Source: Chloroflexota bacterium
GTDB lineage: Bacteria; Chloroflexota; Limnocylindria; Limnocylindrales; CSP1-4
Assembly (NCBI GenBank): GCA_021813655.1
Contig: JAKAJU010000189.1
Coordinates: forward strand, 2,229-66,228
Reading direction: 5' to 3'
DNA length: 64,000 nt
Shown: piece by piece, positions 9,194-17,728 of the stretch
How the letters are laid out: each line of letters opens with the position of its first letter
Position numbering within the stretch: position 1 is the first letter of the stretch
The notes under the pieces: model-generated
Told to the model about the DNA's origin: nothing
Database searches by the model: none
Seen by the model: only the letters and a program-made list of their open reading frames with translations
Made by a program: the position numbers and the translations under genes

Positions 9194-9409
9194 CTACTGC
9201 TGGACCTGGGCCCCGATGAAGTCGAGGATCGCCGCCAGCTGCGGCCCGAATACCACGATCGCGATCGTCGCGACGACGACGGCGATCCCGAGGGTGAGAG
9301 CGGCCTCCACGAGGCCCTGCCCGCGTTCGTGGCCGCGGGTGCCGTCCGCCGCGGTCCCGGCCGCGCGGCCGATGCGCGCGGAGGCGACCCGTGCGCAGGC
9401 CGTGTTCAT
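9194..9409 (-). CDS. Flp-like pilin, divergent third copy
   Basis: ...HERGQGLVEAALTLGIAVVVATIAIVVF... keeps the Gly and Glu of the prepilin motif but has Ala in place of the conserved Tyr. The leader is longer. The ATG overlaps the stop codon of the upstream kinase-like gene (ATGA). Confidence 0.55.
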   Translation of the reverse strand: MNTACARVASARIGRAAGTAADGTRGHERGQGLVEAALTLGIAVVVATIAIVVFGPQLAAILDFIGAQVQQ

Positions 9410-10566
9410 CCCTCGGGCAGGTCGATCGCGACGCGGAGTCGATGCCCTTCCTCGTCGATCTCCACGTCCGCGCCGATCGTCTCGGCGCGCTGCTCCACGG
9501 ACCGGATCGTCTCCTCGGGGAGCGCGGTCTCGGCCGCCTCGCGGATCTTCGGCGCCGCGTCCACGACCCGCTGGCGCATCATGGCCGCGAGGGCGGGCGG
9601 GACGTTGTCGCCCTCTGCCGTCTCCGCCTCTGCGACTCCGGCCGCGAGCGCGGCGACCGGCGCCGCGTACGGGGTCGCCATGACCGCGACGAGCCGTGTG
9701 CCCCAGTCGAGACGGAGCGAGACGTGATCCGGATGCGTGGAGATGAATCCCGCGAGCGTCTCGTCGATGATCCGGAACAGCGTGCTCTCGACGTCGATCG
9801 GGAGGCGGCGGTCGGGTCCGAGCGAGTCGAAGTCGATCGGGATCAGCGCGCGGCGGCTCCTCTCGCGCGCCACCCGCCGGAGCGTGGGCACGAGCCCGAG
9901 ATCGTCGAGCACCATGGGCCGGACGTCGAAGATGAACGTCTTCGTCGCTTCGAGCGTCCGCTCGACCATCCGCACCAGCTCGGCGATCTCCGCCGCGGCC
10001 GCGTCGGGGTTCGACGCCTGGAGCCGCTGGACGATCTGGGCCTGGAGGACGATGTTCGTCAGGCTCTGGGCCGGCCCGTCGTGCATCGAGCGTGCGATCT
10101 CGCGCCGCATGTCCTCCTGCGCGGTGAGCACGATCCGGGAGACGCCACCGGAGCGCTCCTTCTCGCCGGCACCGCCGGACGGCAGGTCCATGTCCTCGAG
10201 CTCCGCCCTGATCTCGACGAGCCTGTCGCGGAAGCGGGCGATCGCGCGGCGCTTGCCCTCGAGGACGTCGATCGACGCCTGCATGACGCTGGCCTTGCGG
10301 GTCATGGTCAGGAGCGCCTGGTACGCCTCGGTCAGTTCGTGGATCGCGACCGACCGCCCGCTCGTGACCTGGGCGATCCGTTCTCCGGCCTGCTCCACGC
10401 GCTGCTCGTGACGCGACGTTTCGTTGCGCGCCTGCTGCAGCAGGAGGTCGATCTCGGCGAGCTCAGCCTCGAGCCCCACGACGTCCGACGTGATGCGCGC
10501 GACGAGATCCGGTGCCGTCGCCGGGTCCGTCTCCGCGGGCCGGCCCCGGCTTCGCGCATCAGTCAT
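9406..10566 (-). CDS. HisKA_3-type histidine-kinase paralogue with a degenerate catalytic (ATP-binding) domain
   Basis: Coiled-coil N-terminus, then the H-box REIARSMHDGPAQSL (HisKA_3). In the CA domain the N-box Asn is replaced (DETLAGFISTH versus QEALQNIRKHA in the paralogue). No DxGxG (G1) or GxGL (G2) motif is present. Confidence 0.7.
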   Translation of the reverse strand: MTDARSRGRPAETDPATAPDLVARITSDVVGLEAELAEIDLLLQQARNETSRHEQRVEQAGERIAQVTSGRSVAIHELTEAYQALLTMTRKASVMQASIDVLEGKRRAIARFRDRLVEIRAELEDMDLPSGGAGEKERSGGVSRIVLTAQEDMRREIARSMHDGPAQSLTNIVLQAQIVQRLQASNPDAAAAEIAELVRMVERTLEATKTFIFDVRPMVLDDLGLVPTLRRVARERSRRALIPIDFDSLGPDRRLPIDVESTLFRIIDETLAGFISTHPDHVSLRLDWGTRLVAVMATPYAAPVAALAAGVAEAETAEGDNVPPALAAMMRQRVVDAAPKIREAAETALPEETIRSVEQRAETIGADVEIDEEGHRLRVAIDLPEG

Positions 10567-11299
10567 CGGGCATCTTGATCCAGCCCTGGCGCATGGCGTA
10601 CACGACGGCCTGCGTCCGGTCGTTCACCGACAGCTTCCGCAGGATGCTCGACATGTGGTTCTTCACGGTCTGCTCGCTGATCGAGAGCGTGAACGCCACC
10701 TGCTTGTTCGTCATGCCCTGGGCGATGTTGTCGAGGATCTCGACCTCCCGTGGCGAGAGGGGCGCGAAGATGGGCTGCGCCTCCTGCCCGTAGACGGCGA
10801 GCTCGCGGAACTCCTTGAGCACACGGCCCGCGACGGTGGGCTTGGAGAAGACCTTGTCGTTGATGAGGTACTCGCCGCTGCGGACGCGGCGGATGATCGT
10901 GACGAGATCGTCCGGGCCCACGTCCTTGAGGATGAACGCGGCAGCCCCGGCCTTGATCGCGTCGAAGAGCGCATCCTCGTCCTCCTCGTCGGCGAGGATG
11001 ATGATCCCTGTGGCCGCGAGCTCCCGCTTCAGCCGCTGGGTCGTCTCGATCCCGTTGGACAGGGGCAGCGTGAGGTCCATGAGGACGATGTCCGGCGTCA
11101 GCTCGACCGCCATGTCGAAGGCGTCGCGGGCGTTGTCCGCCTCGCCGACGATGATGAAGTCGACCTCGCGGGCGAGGATGTCCCGGATCCCGATCCGGAA
11201 GAACGCGTGATCGTCGACGATGAGGATCTTGGTGGGCTCTCCGGTCCCGCGTCGATCCGGCCCGCCACGCCGCCGATCCGGCCCGCTGTAATCGGTCAT
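10559..11299 (-). CDS. NarL/FixJ-family response regulator (REC + LuxR-type HTH)
   Basis: Receiver domain ILIVDDHAFFR...IVLMDLTLP... joined to a C-terminal LuxR HTH (LSPREVEILDNIAQGMTNKQVAFTLSISEQTVKNHMSSILRKL). The ATG at 11299 overlaps the stop of the upstream kinase (ATGA). Confidence 0.85.
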   Translation of the reverse strand: MTDYSGPDRRRGGPDRRGTGEPTKILIVDDHAFFRIGIRDILAREVDFIIVGEADNARDAFDMAVELTPDIVLMDLTLPLSNGIETTQRLKRELAATGIIILADEEDEDALFDAIKAGAAAFILKDVGPDDLVTIIRRVRSGEYLINDKVFSKPTVAGRVLKEFRELAVYGQEAQPIFAPLSPREVEILDNIAQGMTNKQVAFTLSISEQTVKNHMSSILRKLSVNDRTQAVVYAMRQGWIKMPDD

Positions 11300-12489
11300 C
11301 CTGGCTGCCCTTCCCCTTCGATGCTGAGTCGGACCACGGTGCCCGCCCCCGGCTTCGATCGGACGACCACGGTCCCCCCGACCAGCTCGGCGCGTTCCCG
11401 CATGAACTGGAGCCCGAAGTTGTGCCGCCCGCGCGACCCGATCGCGTCGACGTCGAAGCCGCGCCCGTCGTCGCGGACCTCGAGCACCCACCCTTCGTCG
11501 GAACGCGACGTGACGATGGCGACCGTCCGGGCGGCCGCGTGCTTGCGGATATTCTGCAGCGCCTCCTGGAGCACACGGAGGACGACGACCTGCTGCATCT
11601 CCGAGAGCGCCTCGGCGGGCCCCTCGAGGTCTGTCTCGGTCCGGACCTCCACGCTCGAGGTGAAGGTGTCCACGGCTTCCCGGATCGCGCCGTCGAGCCC
11701 GACCTCCGCGAGAGCCGGCGGGCGCAGCTGGCCGATGAAGCTCCGGACGTCAGCGAGCTCGCGCCGCATCACCTCGCGCAGGTATCGCAGCTCCGTGCGT
11801 GCGAGCCGTGGGTCGCGGTCCATGAGTCGCTCGACGTAGTCCACCTGGAAGAAGGCGTTCGCGATCGTCTGGGCGGGCCCGTCGTGGATCTCCTGCGCGA
11901 GGCGGACCCGTTCCTGCTCCTGGGCCTCCACGACGCGCATCCGCAGATCCGACGGGCTCAGCGGGACGCCGTCGTCCACGCCGAGCGACGTGTCGTGGCG
12001 CTCCAGGAAGAGCCAGGCGTTCTCGAGGCTCCGCGTGACGATCTCGAGGCGCGACAGGTCGCTCTGCTCGTCGCCGAGCACGGATCCGGTGATCTCCACC
12101 GCGCGCCGGAGCTCCTGGCGGACCGCGCCCTCGGCCGCGCCCTCCGCGGCGAGCGCGAAGGCCTCATCGGATCCGGGCTCCTCAACGCCGCCCGCCGCCT
12201 CGGCTGCCGGCGGCGGGCCGTCGCCGCGGACCAGGCGGCGGTCCATCCGGGCGAGCTCGTCGCGGTCGTGGTGCCAGCGCCGGAGCGCGAGCCGGTGCGT
12301 CTCGCGGTACAGGTCCGTCAGCCCGCGGAACTGGTTCGCCGCGTACCCGAGCGCGCTCTTCGCCTCCGCGTAGAGAGCGTCGAGTCGCTCGGCATCCTCG
12401 GACGGATGCACGACGGGAGCGTCGGAGCCGGGAGAAGCCTCCATCATGCGGAGTATACGGGCGTCCCGAGCCCCTTCCCCGACCTCCAC
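11296..12489 (-). CDS. Cytoplasmic sensor histidine kinase (HisKA_3 + HATPase_c)
   Basis: H-box LAQEIHDGPAQTIANA. The ATPase domain is complete, with an N-box QEALQNIRKHA, a G1 box VRDDGRGFD and a G2 box NFGLQFMRERAELVGG. No TM segment is present. GTG at 12489 follows an AAGGGGG SD. Confidence 0.8.
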   Translation of the reverse strand: MEVGEGARDARILRMMEASPGSDAPVVHPSEDAERLDALYAEAKSALGYAANQFRGLTDLYRETHRLALRRWHHDRDELARMDRRLVRGDGPPPAAEAAGGVEEPGSDEAFALAAEGAAEGAVRQELRRAVEITGSVLGDEQSDLSRLEIVTRSLENAWLFLERHDTSLGVDDGVPLSPSDLRMRVVEAQEQERVRLAQEIHDGPAQTIANAFFQVDYVERLMDRDPRLARTELRYLREVMRRELADVRSFIGQLRPPALAEVGLDGAIREAVDTFTSSVEVRTETDLEGPAEALSEMQQVVVLRVLQEALQNIRKHAAARTVAIVTSRSDEGWVLEVRDDGRGFDVDAIGSRGRHNFGLQFMRERAELVGGTVVVRSKPGAGTVVRLSIEGEGQPG

Positions 12490-12588
12490 GCGACCCCCTT
12501 GCGGGAGGCTGTCGCGTCGTCCGCCCCGGCGAGGCCGTTCGCCGTCACGCCCACGCTCGCGACACGACGGCGCGTGGCTGCGGGCCGG

Positions 12589-14226
12589 TCACGGGCACGC
12601 GATGCGATAGACGCGGATCGCGTCCGAGCCGTCATCGGCGCGCACCGTCGCCTCCGGGACCAGGTCGAAGCAGCCGGCAGCCTCCCCACCCGCATCGAGG
12701 ATCGCCGGCCACTCCCCGTGCGCCGGCTCGACGGAGACGACGAGGAGCTTCGCCCCGAAGGTCCGCGCCAGGTCCAGGACGTCGGCGGGGGACTCCTGCG
12801 GCAGGGCGAGGGCTGGAACACGGGCCGTCTCGGCGAGCCAGATCGGGAAGTCGGCGATCACGGGCGCGTTCTCGGCGAGGGGGATGCCGGCGCCGGTGGT
12901 CGTGTCGAGGAGCGCCCGGTAGCGCCGTTCGGCCTCGGTCGAGACGGCCCCGATCCCGGTGATCGTCACGAAGAGCATCGGGATCGTGAAGAGGATGACC
13001 GCCGCGGGGGCGAGGAGTGCCGACCCGCGTCCCCACCCGCGTCGCGTCGCGACCCACGCCACGAGCATGTCGAGGCCGGCCATCGCGCTGACGACGAGGA
13101 GGACGTGGATCGGGCCGCCGGCGTGGAGGAACGTGCCCCAGAGCGTCGCGACGGGGAAGACGAGCGTGGTCGCGAGGAACGTGAGCGCCGCCCCGACCAG
13201 AAGCGGTCGGAGGACGACGGAGCGCAGGAACCAGGGAAGGGCGACGATCCCGATCGGGCCGACCGGGAGTGCCGGGATCAGCAGGACGGCGAGGGTGTTG
13301 TGCAGGAACGCGTCCACGCGGTCCGAGACGAGCTTCGCGGGACCCTGGGCGAGCCAGGCACCGAGCGTCGGCTTGTCCGCCCAGCCGAAGACGTCGTTGC
13401 CCGTGCGGAAGTAGGCGTTGGAGAGCGCCTGCCCGGGCAGCGGGGTGCCGAAGACGGCCCACTGCCGGATCGTCCACGGCACGTAGACGGCGATCGCCGC
13501 GAGGGCCGGGGTGGCGAGCAGGCGGACGTACGCGCGGATCCGCGCCCCCTCGCCCGCGACGGCTCGCGTGGCCCCCCACGCGACCCCGACCCACGCGAGC
13601 GCGTACCAGGCCGCCTCGTTCCGGGTCAGCGCGGCGAGGCCGAGGAGGAGTCCGATGCCCAGCAGGCGGGGATCGGCGAGGCGTGCGCCCCGTGGATCGC
13701 GGACGACGCGCTCCATGAGGATGCAGGCGGAGACCGCCGCGACCGTGAAGGGCGCCGTCGAGTCCGGGAGCGCGCCGTAGAGGACGAGCGGGCCGTAGAG
13801 CGCGGCGACGATGCCCGACCCGACGGCGAGCACGCGCCCGCGGAGCGGGGCGAGCCGCCGCTCCTCGGCGAGGTCAGCGGCAAGGCGCCATGCCAGGACC
13901 GGCACGATCGCGCTCACGAGGACGCCGGCGACCTGTGCGGACCGGAATGTCGTCCCGAGGACCGCGAGGAACGGGAGCGAGAGGAACGTGGGCAGCGGGA
14001 GCCAGATCTCGAACGCCGGACGCGGGAGCGTGAGCGGCGGCAGGTAGTACGACCAGAGTGCGTCGCTCACGAGCCCGCGCCCTTCGACGGCGTTGCGCGC
14101 GACGCCCCAGTAGTACGCGGTGTCCTCGGGGACCGCGAAGGGGACGGCCGCGGCGGCGACGATCCGGACCGCGACGGCGAGCCCGAAGATCGCCGCCGCT
14201 GAGACGATGGCCTCGCGTCGGGTCAT
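12589..14226 (-). CDS. GT39/ArnT-PMT-like polytopic glycosyltransferase (GT-C fold)
   Basis: 545-aa multi-TM protein with an N-terminal AVPEDTAYYWGVARNAVEGRGL loop that resembles the PMT/ArnT DE-motif loop. Confidence 0.7.
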   Translation of the reverse strand: MTRREAIVSAAAIFGLAVAVRIVAAAAVPFAVPEDTAYYWGVARNAVEGRGLVSDALWSYYLPPLTLPRPAFEIWLPLPTFLSLPFLAVLGTTFRSAQVAGVLVSAIVPVLAWRLAADLAEERRLAPLRGRVLAVGSGIVAALYGPLVLYGALPDSTAPFTVAAVSACILMERVVRDPRGARLADPRLLGIGLLLGLAALTRNEAAWYALAWVGVAWGATRAVAGEGARIRAYVRLLATPALAAIAVYVPWTIRQWAVFGTPLPGQALSNAYFRTGNDVFGWADKPTLGAWLAQGPAKLVSDRVDAFLHNTLAVLLIPALPVGPIGIVALPWFLRSVVLRPLLVGAALTFLATTLVFPVATLWGTFLHAGGPIHVLLVVSAMAGLDMLVAWVATRRGWGRGSALLAPAAVILFTIPMLFVTITGIGAVSTEAERRYRALLDTTTGAGIPLAENAPVIADFPIWLAETARVPALALPQESPADVLDLARTFGAKLLVVSVEPAHGEWPAILDAGGEAAGCFDLVPEATVRADDGSDAIRVYRIACP

Positions 14227-14233
14227 CGCCCCG

Positions 14234-15922
14234 TCATCCGCATCGCGTGTCGCTCGGGTCCAGGCAGACCGGATAGAGGGCGAGCCGCGGGATGCCCCCG
14301 TCGGTGGATGGCACCGCGAAGACGGGCGCCCCGATCCACGACGGCCTCGCCGCTCCCTCGAGGACGGGCACGAGGCTCGACGCGACGGCGTCGCGCTCGA
14401 GCACGAGCCAGCGGATCCCGTACGCGCGCGCCACGGCCTCGATCGTCCCGATCGGGTCGTTGGGCGTCACGACACCCGGTCGTCCGGTCCAGTAGTGCAT
14501 CCCCGCCGCGTCGATCGACAGCAGCCGGTCATCCGGCGCCACGCCGAGCCGGTCCATCTCGGACGCGAGCGCGATCCTCGGCTGGCGCTCCGCGTCCCAA
14601 GCCCGGAGCGTCCCCAGCCCGAACGGGATGGAGGTCAGGACGACGAAGCCGACCGTCACCCACACGAACACGCGCCCCGCCGACCCTTCGCGCCACGACG
14701 GCCGGCGCCGGGCCACGAACGCGACTGCAGCGAGCACGCCCTCGAGGCCGAGGATGTACGCGTAGGGAGCCAGCCCGATGGCGGAATGGATGAACGCGCC
14801 CCCGGGCACGTGGAGCGGATAGACGAGCGTCGCACCGGCGAACACGACAGCGGCGTAGACGAACCATGGCGCGAAGTCGATTGACCGCCGCCGTTCCCAT
14901 GCGCCGACGATCACCAGCGGCAGCAGGACGACCGAGCAGATGACAACCGCGAAGTTGGCGACCGCCGCGACGAGCCCGCCGAGGCGGCTCGCGAGGATCG
15001 GCCCCGGCCCCTGCGCGAGGAACCGTCCGAGCGTCGGGTCCACCGTGATCGAGTTCCACTCCGAGATCGTGCGGATCCACATCGCGGCCCCGTTCGAGCT
15101 GGTCGGGGAGATCGATCCGAACGTGGCCAGCTGGCGGAGCCACCACGGCCCCATGACCGCGAGGAACAGCGCGACGGCTCCGACGGCGGCGAGGACGCTG
15201 ACGGGCCGGCGGGTGGCGGGCGACCCCGAGGGTGCGGACGGCTCCCCGTGGGCGGCGGCGGCACCGCTCATCCGGTCGCGGCGGACGGCGAGCCACCAGC
15301 GGAGCCGGTCCCCGAGCCACACGAGCCCGATGGCGCCCATCAGGAGGACGCCGTCGTTCCGGGCGAGCGAGGCGAGGCCCGCGAGCAGCCCCGCGAGCGC
15401 GAACGACCACGCGCTCCCCTTGAGGCCGCGTGCGACGAGCCAGAGGGTCGCCGCGACGAGCGGCAGGAGCAGCGCGAAGTTCTCGGGCTGGCCCATGAAG
15501 ACCGTCCCGGCCGCCGGGATCGCGGCGAGGACGCCGGCGCCGGCCCCCACGATCGGCTGGGCGCCGGCATCCTTCGCGATCTTCCACGTGAGCGGCGCTG
15601 CCGTCGCGGAGATGAGGGCGAGCGGGAGCGCCGAGGCGAAGCCGGTGGGTCCGAGCAGGAGGATGAACGGGACCTGGATGAACGACGCGAGCGGGAGCCA
15701 GTGGGCGTTCGAGGGGACCGGGAGGACGGGTACGGCCGGGATCCGGTTCCCCACCTCGGCGAAGATCCAGACGAACGGGACGGTGAGGCCGTGGCCTCCC
15801 GCGATCGACCGCGCGACCTCGACGTAGTAGTAGGAATCGGGATACGCGGCGTCCGGGTAGATCGCGATGAGCGCGAGGCGGACGATGAGGGCCAGCCCGA
15901 ACAGGAGCAGGGGCGTGCGCAC
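14234..15922 (-). CDS. GT39/ArnT-PMT-like polytopic glycosyltransferase (paralogue)
   Basis: 562-aa multi-TM protein with IYPDAAYPDSYYYVEVARSIAGGHGL in its first loop, which fits PMT_2/ArnT-family architecture. Confidence 0.7.
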   Translation of the reverse strand: MRTPLLLFGLALIVRLALIAIYPDAAYPDSYYYVEVARSIAGGHGLTVPFVWIFAEVGNRIPAVPVLPVPSNAHWLPLASFIQVPFILLLGPTGFASALPLALISATAAPLTWKIAKDAGAQPIVGAGAGVLAAIPAAGTVFMGQPENFALLLPLVAATLWLVARGLKGSAWSFALAGLLAGLASLARNDGVLLMGAIGLVWLGDRLRWWLAVRRDRMSGAAAAHGEPSAPSGSPATRRPVSVLAAVGAVALFLAVMGPWWLRQLATFGSISPTSSNGAAMWIRTISEWNSITVDPTLGRFLAQGPGPILASRLGGLVAAVANFAVVICSVVLLPLVIVGAWERRRSIDFAPWFVYAAVVFAGATLVYPLHVPGGAFIHSAIGLAPYAYILGLEGVLAAVAFVARRRPSWREGSAGRVFVWVTVGFVVLTSIPFGLGTLRAWDAERQPRIALASEMDRLGVAPDDRLLSIDAAGMHYWTGRPGVVTPNDPIGTIEAVARAYGIRWLVLERDAVASSLVPVLEGAARPSWIGAPVFAVPSTDGGIPRLALYPVCLDPSDTRCG

Positions 15923-15944
15923 GGCCCGACTCTAGCATCGGGAG

Positions 15945-16874
15945 ATGCCCCGGCGGCCGGGTCACCCGGGGCGCGGACCGAGAGCGGTCGCGGCGGGGCC
16001 GTACGATGCGGGCGTGACGTTGACCGGGGCCGTCGGGCGATCGCCGCTCCTCCGTGCGCTGCGCGACGGCGCGATCCTGGTCGGTCTCCTCTTCGCGGCC
16101 TTCCTCTTCCTCGTCGTCGCTCCGAGGGCGCAGACCTTCGGGTTCGACGCGTACGCGTACTGGGCTGTCGATCCAGCCGAACCGTACGGACGGACCGCGG
16201 GGGCGCTCGGGGCCTTCACATACTCGCCGCCGATCGCGTGACCGTTCGGCTGGTTCAAGCTCGTCCCGTTCTCCACCTTCCTGGTGCTCTGGACCGCGCT
16301 CCAGGTGGGGACGACCTCCTGGCTGGGGGGCCGCTGGGCGGTCGCGCTGTTCGCGTTCCCGCCGGTCGCCCTCGAGATCCACCACGGGAACATCCACATC
16401 CTCCTCGCGGCGGCGATCGTCCTCGGGTTCCGTTGGCCGGCGACGTGGGCGTTCGTCCTCCTCACGAAGGTGACCCCGGGTGTCGGTCTCGTCTGGTTCG
16501 CCGTCCGGCGGGAGTGGCGGCGCCTCGCCATCGCGCTCGCGGTGACCGGAGCGATCGCCGGGGTCTCGCTCGTGCTCGAGCCGCAGGTCTGGCGGTCCTG
16601 GGTCGAGGACAGCCTCCTCGTCACGGCAGAGGGCTCGCCGCTGAACCAGTTCTCGCTGCCGATCCCGCTCGCGCTCCGCCTGCCCGCTGCCGCGATCCTC
16701 GTCGCATGGGGCGGCCTGACCGATCGGCCGTGGACCGTCCCCGCGGCGGCCACGCTCGCGCTCCCCGTCCTGTGGCCCACGGGATTCGCGGTCCTCGCCG
16801 CGCTCTGGCCGATCGCACAGCGGCGCCCGGGGCTCACGGACGACGCGATGCTCGGGCCGTCGCGAGCGAGCTGA
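15945..16874 (+). pseudogene. GT87/DUF2029 family mannosyltransferase-like gene interrupted by one in-frame TGA at 16239-16241
   Basis: ORFs 15945..16241 and 16284..16874 share a reading frame and are separated only by a TGA. The interrupted motif reads GFDAYAYWAVDPAEPYGRTAGALGAFTYSPPIA*PFGWFKLVPF, which matches the DUF2029 N-terminal signature also seen in the intact paralogue at 17725. Confidence 0.55.
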
Positions 16875-16945
16875 GGCGATCCCGGAGCGGTTCGAGGCGA
16901 TCCCAGTGCGGCCCGAGGCCCGGGACTCCGTCTAGACTCCACGCG

Positions 16946-17728
16946 ATGCCGCCTGCCTCGCTCGCGATCGTCCTGCCCGCGTACAACGAGGAGGCCCGCC
17001 TCGGGCCGGGCCTCGACGAGCTCTTCACGTTCATCGACGGAGACGCCGGCCGCGCGGCGCTCCCACCGGACGTGCGCGTCCTCGTTGTCGACGACGGGAG
17101 CACGGACGGGACGGCGGCGATCGTCCATCACCGTCCGGAAGCGGTCGCCCGCGCCGGTGACCGGCCCCGTCTCGCCGTGCTGAGCGTCCCCCACGGCGGC
17201 AAGGGATCGGCCGTCCGGGCCGGCATGCTCGCGTCGGACGCCGACCTCGTCGTCTTCGCCGACGCGGACATGGCGACGCCGCCGGACGAGCTCGGGAAGC
17301 TCGTCGCGGCGCTCGGCGATCGGGACGTCGCGCTCGGGAGCCGGATCCAGGCGGACGGCTCCGACATGCGCGCGAGCCAGCCGCTGTTCCGGCGGCTGCT
17401 CGGGAAGGCGTTCCACGCGTTCGCGTCGGTGTGGGTGGTCGGGCCGGTCCAGGACACCCAGTGCGGCTTCAAGGGATTCTCGCGCGACGCCGCGCACGAC
17501 CTGTTCGGCCTGCAGAGGGTCGGGAGCATCGTCTTCGACGTCGAGATCATCTACCTCGCGCGCCGGCGCGGGTACTCGATCGCGGTGGTCCCGATCCGGT
17601 GGGCGGACCGCCGGGGATCCCGGATGCATCCACGGCCGGGACTCGCGCTGCGCGTCGCGTGGGACCTCCTTCGGATCCCGCTGATCCACCGCCGCGACGC
17701 TCGTCCTCGGAGGAGGGCGGCGGGGTGA
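16946..17728 (+). CDS. GT2-family polyprenol-phosphate sugar synthase (Ppm1/DPM1-like)
   Basis: LAIVLPAYNEEARL...VLVVDDGSTDGT...ADADMATPPDEL...VQDTQCGFK are the GT-A DxD/QxxRW-like motifs typical of dolichyl/polyprenyl-phosphate mannose or glucose synthases. Confidence 0.8.
   Translation: MPPASLAIVLPAYNEEARLGPGLDELFTFIDGDAGRAALPPDVRVLVVDDGSTDGTAAIVHHRPEAVARAGDRPRLAVLSVPHGGKGSAVRAGMLASDADLVVFADADMATPPDELGKLVAALGDRDVALGSRIQADGSDMRASQPLFRRLLGKAFHAFASVWVVGPVQDTQCGFKGFSRDAAHDLFGLQRVGSIVFDVEIIYLARRRGYSIAVVPIRWADRRGSRMHPRPGLALRVAWDLLRIPLIHRRDARPRRRAAG

Noticed and set aside
16239-16241. Selenocysteine at the in-frame TGA of the GT87 gene
   Set aside because: No SECIS-like stem-loop is apparent immediately downstream, and glycosyltransferases are not known selenoproteins. 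A nonsense mutation or a base-call error is more parsimonious.
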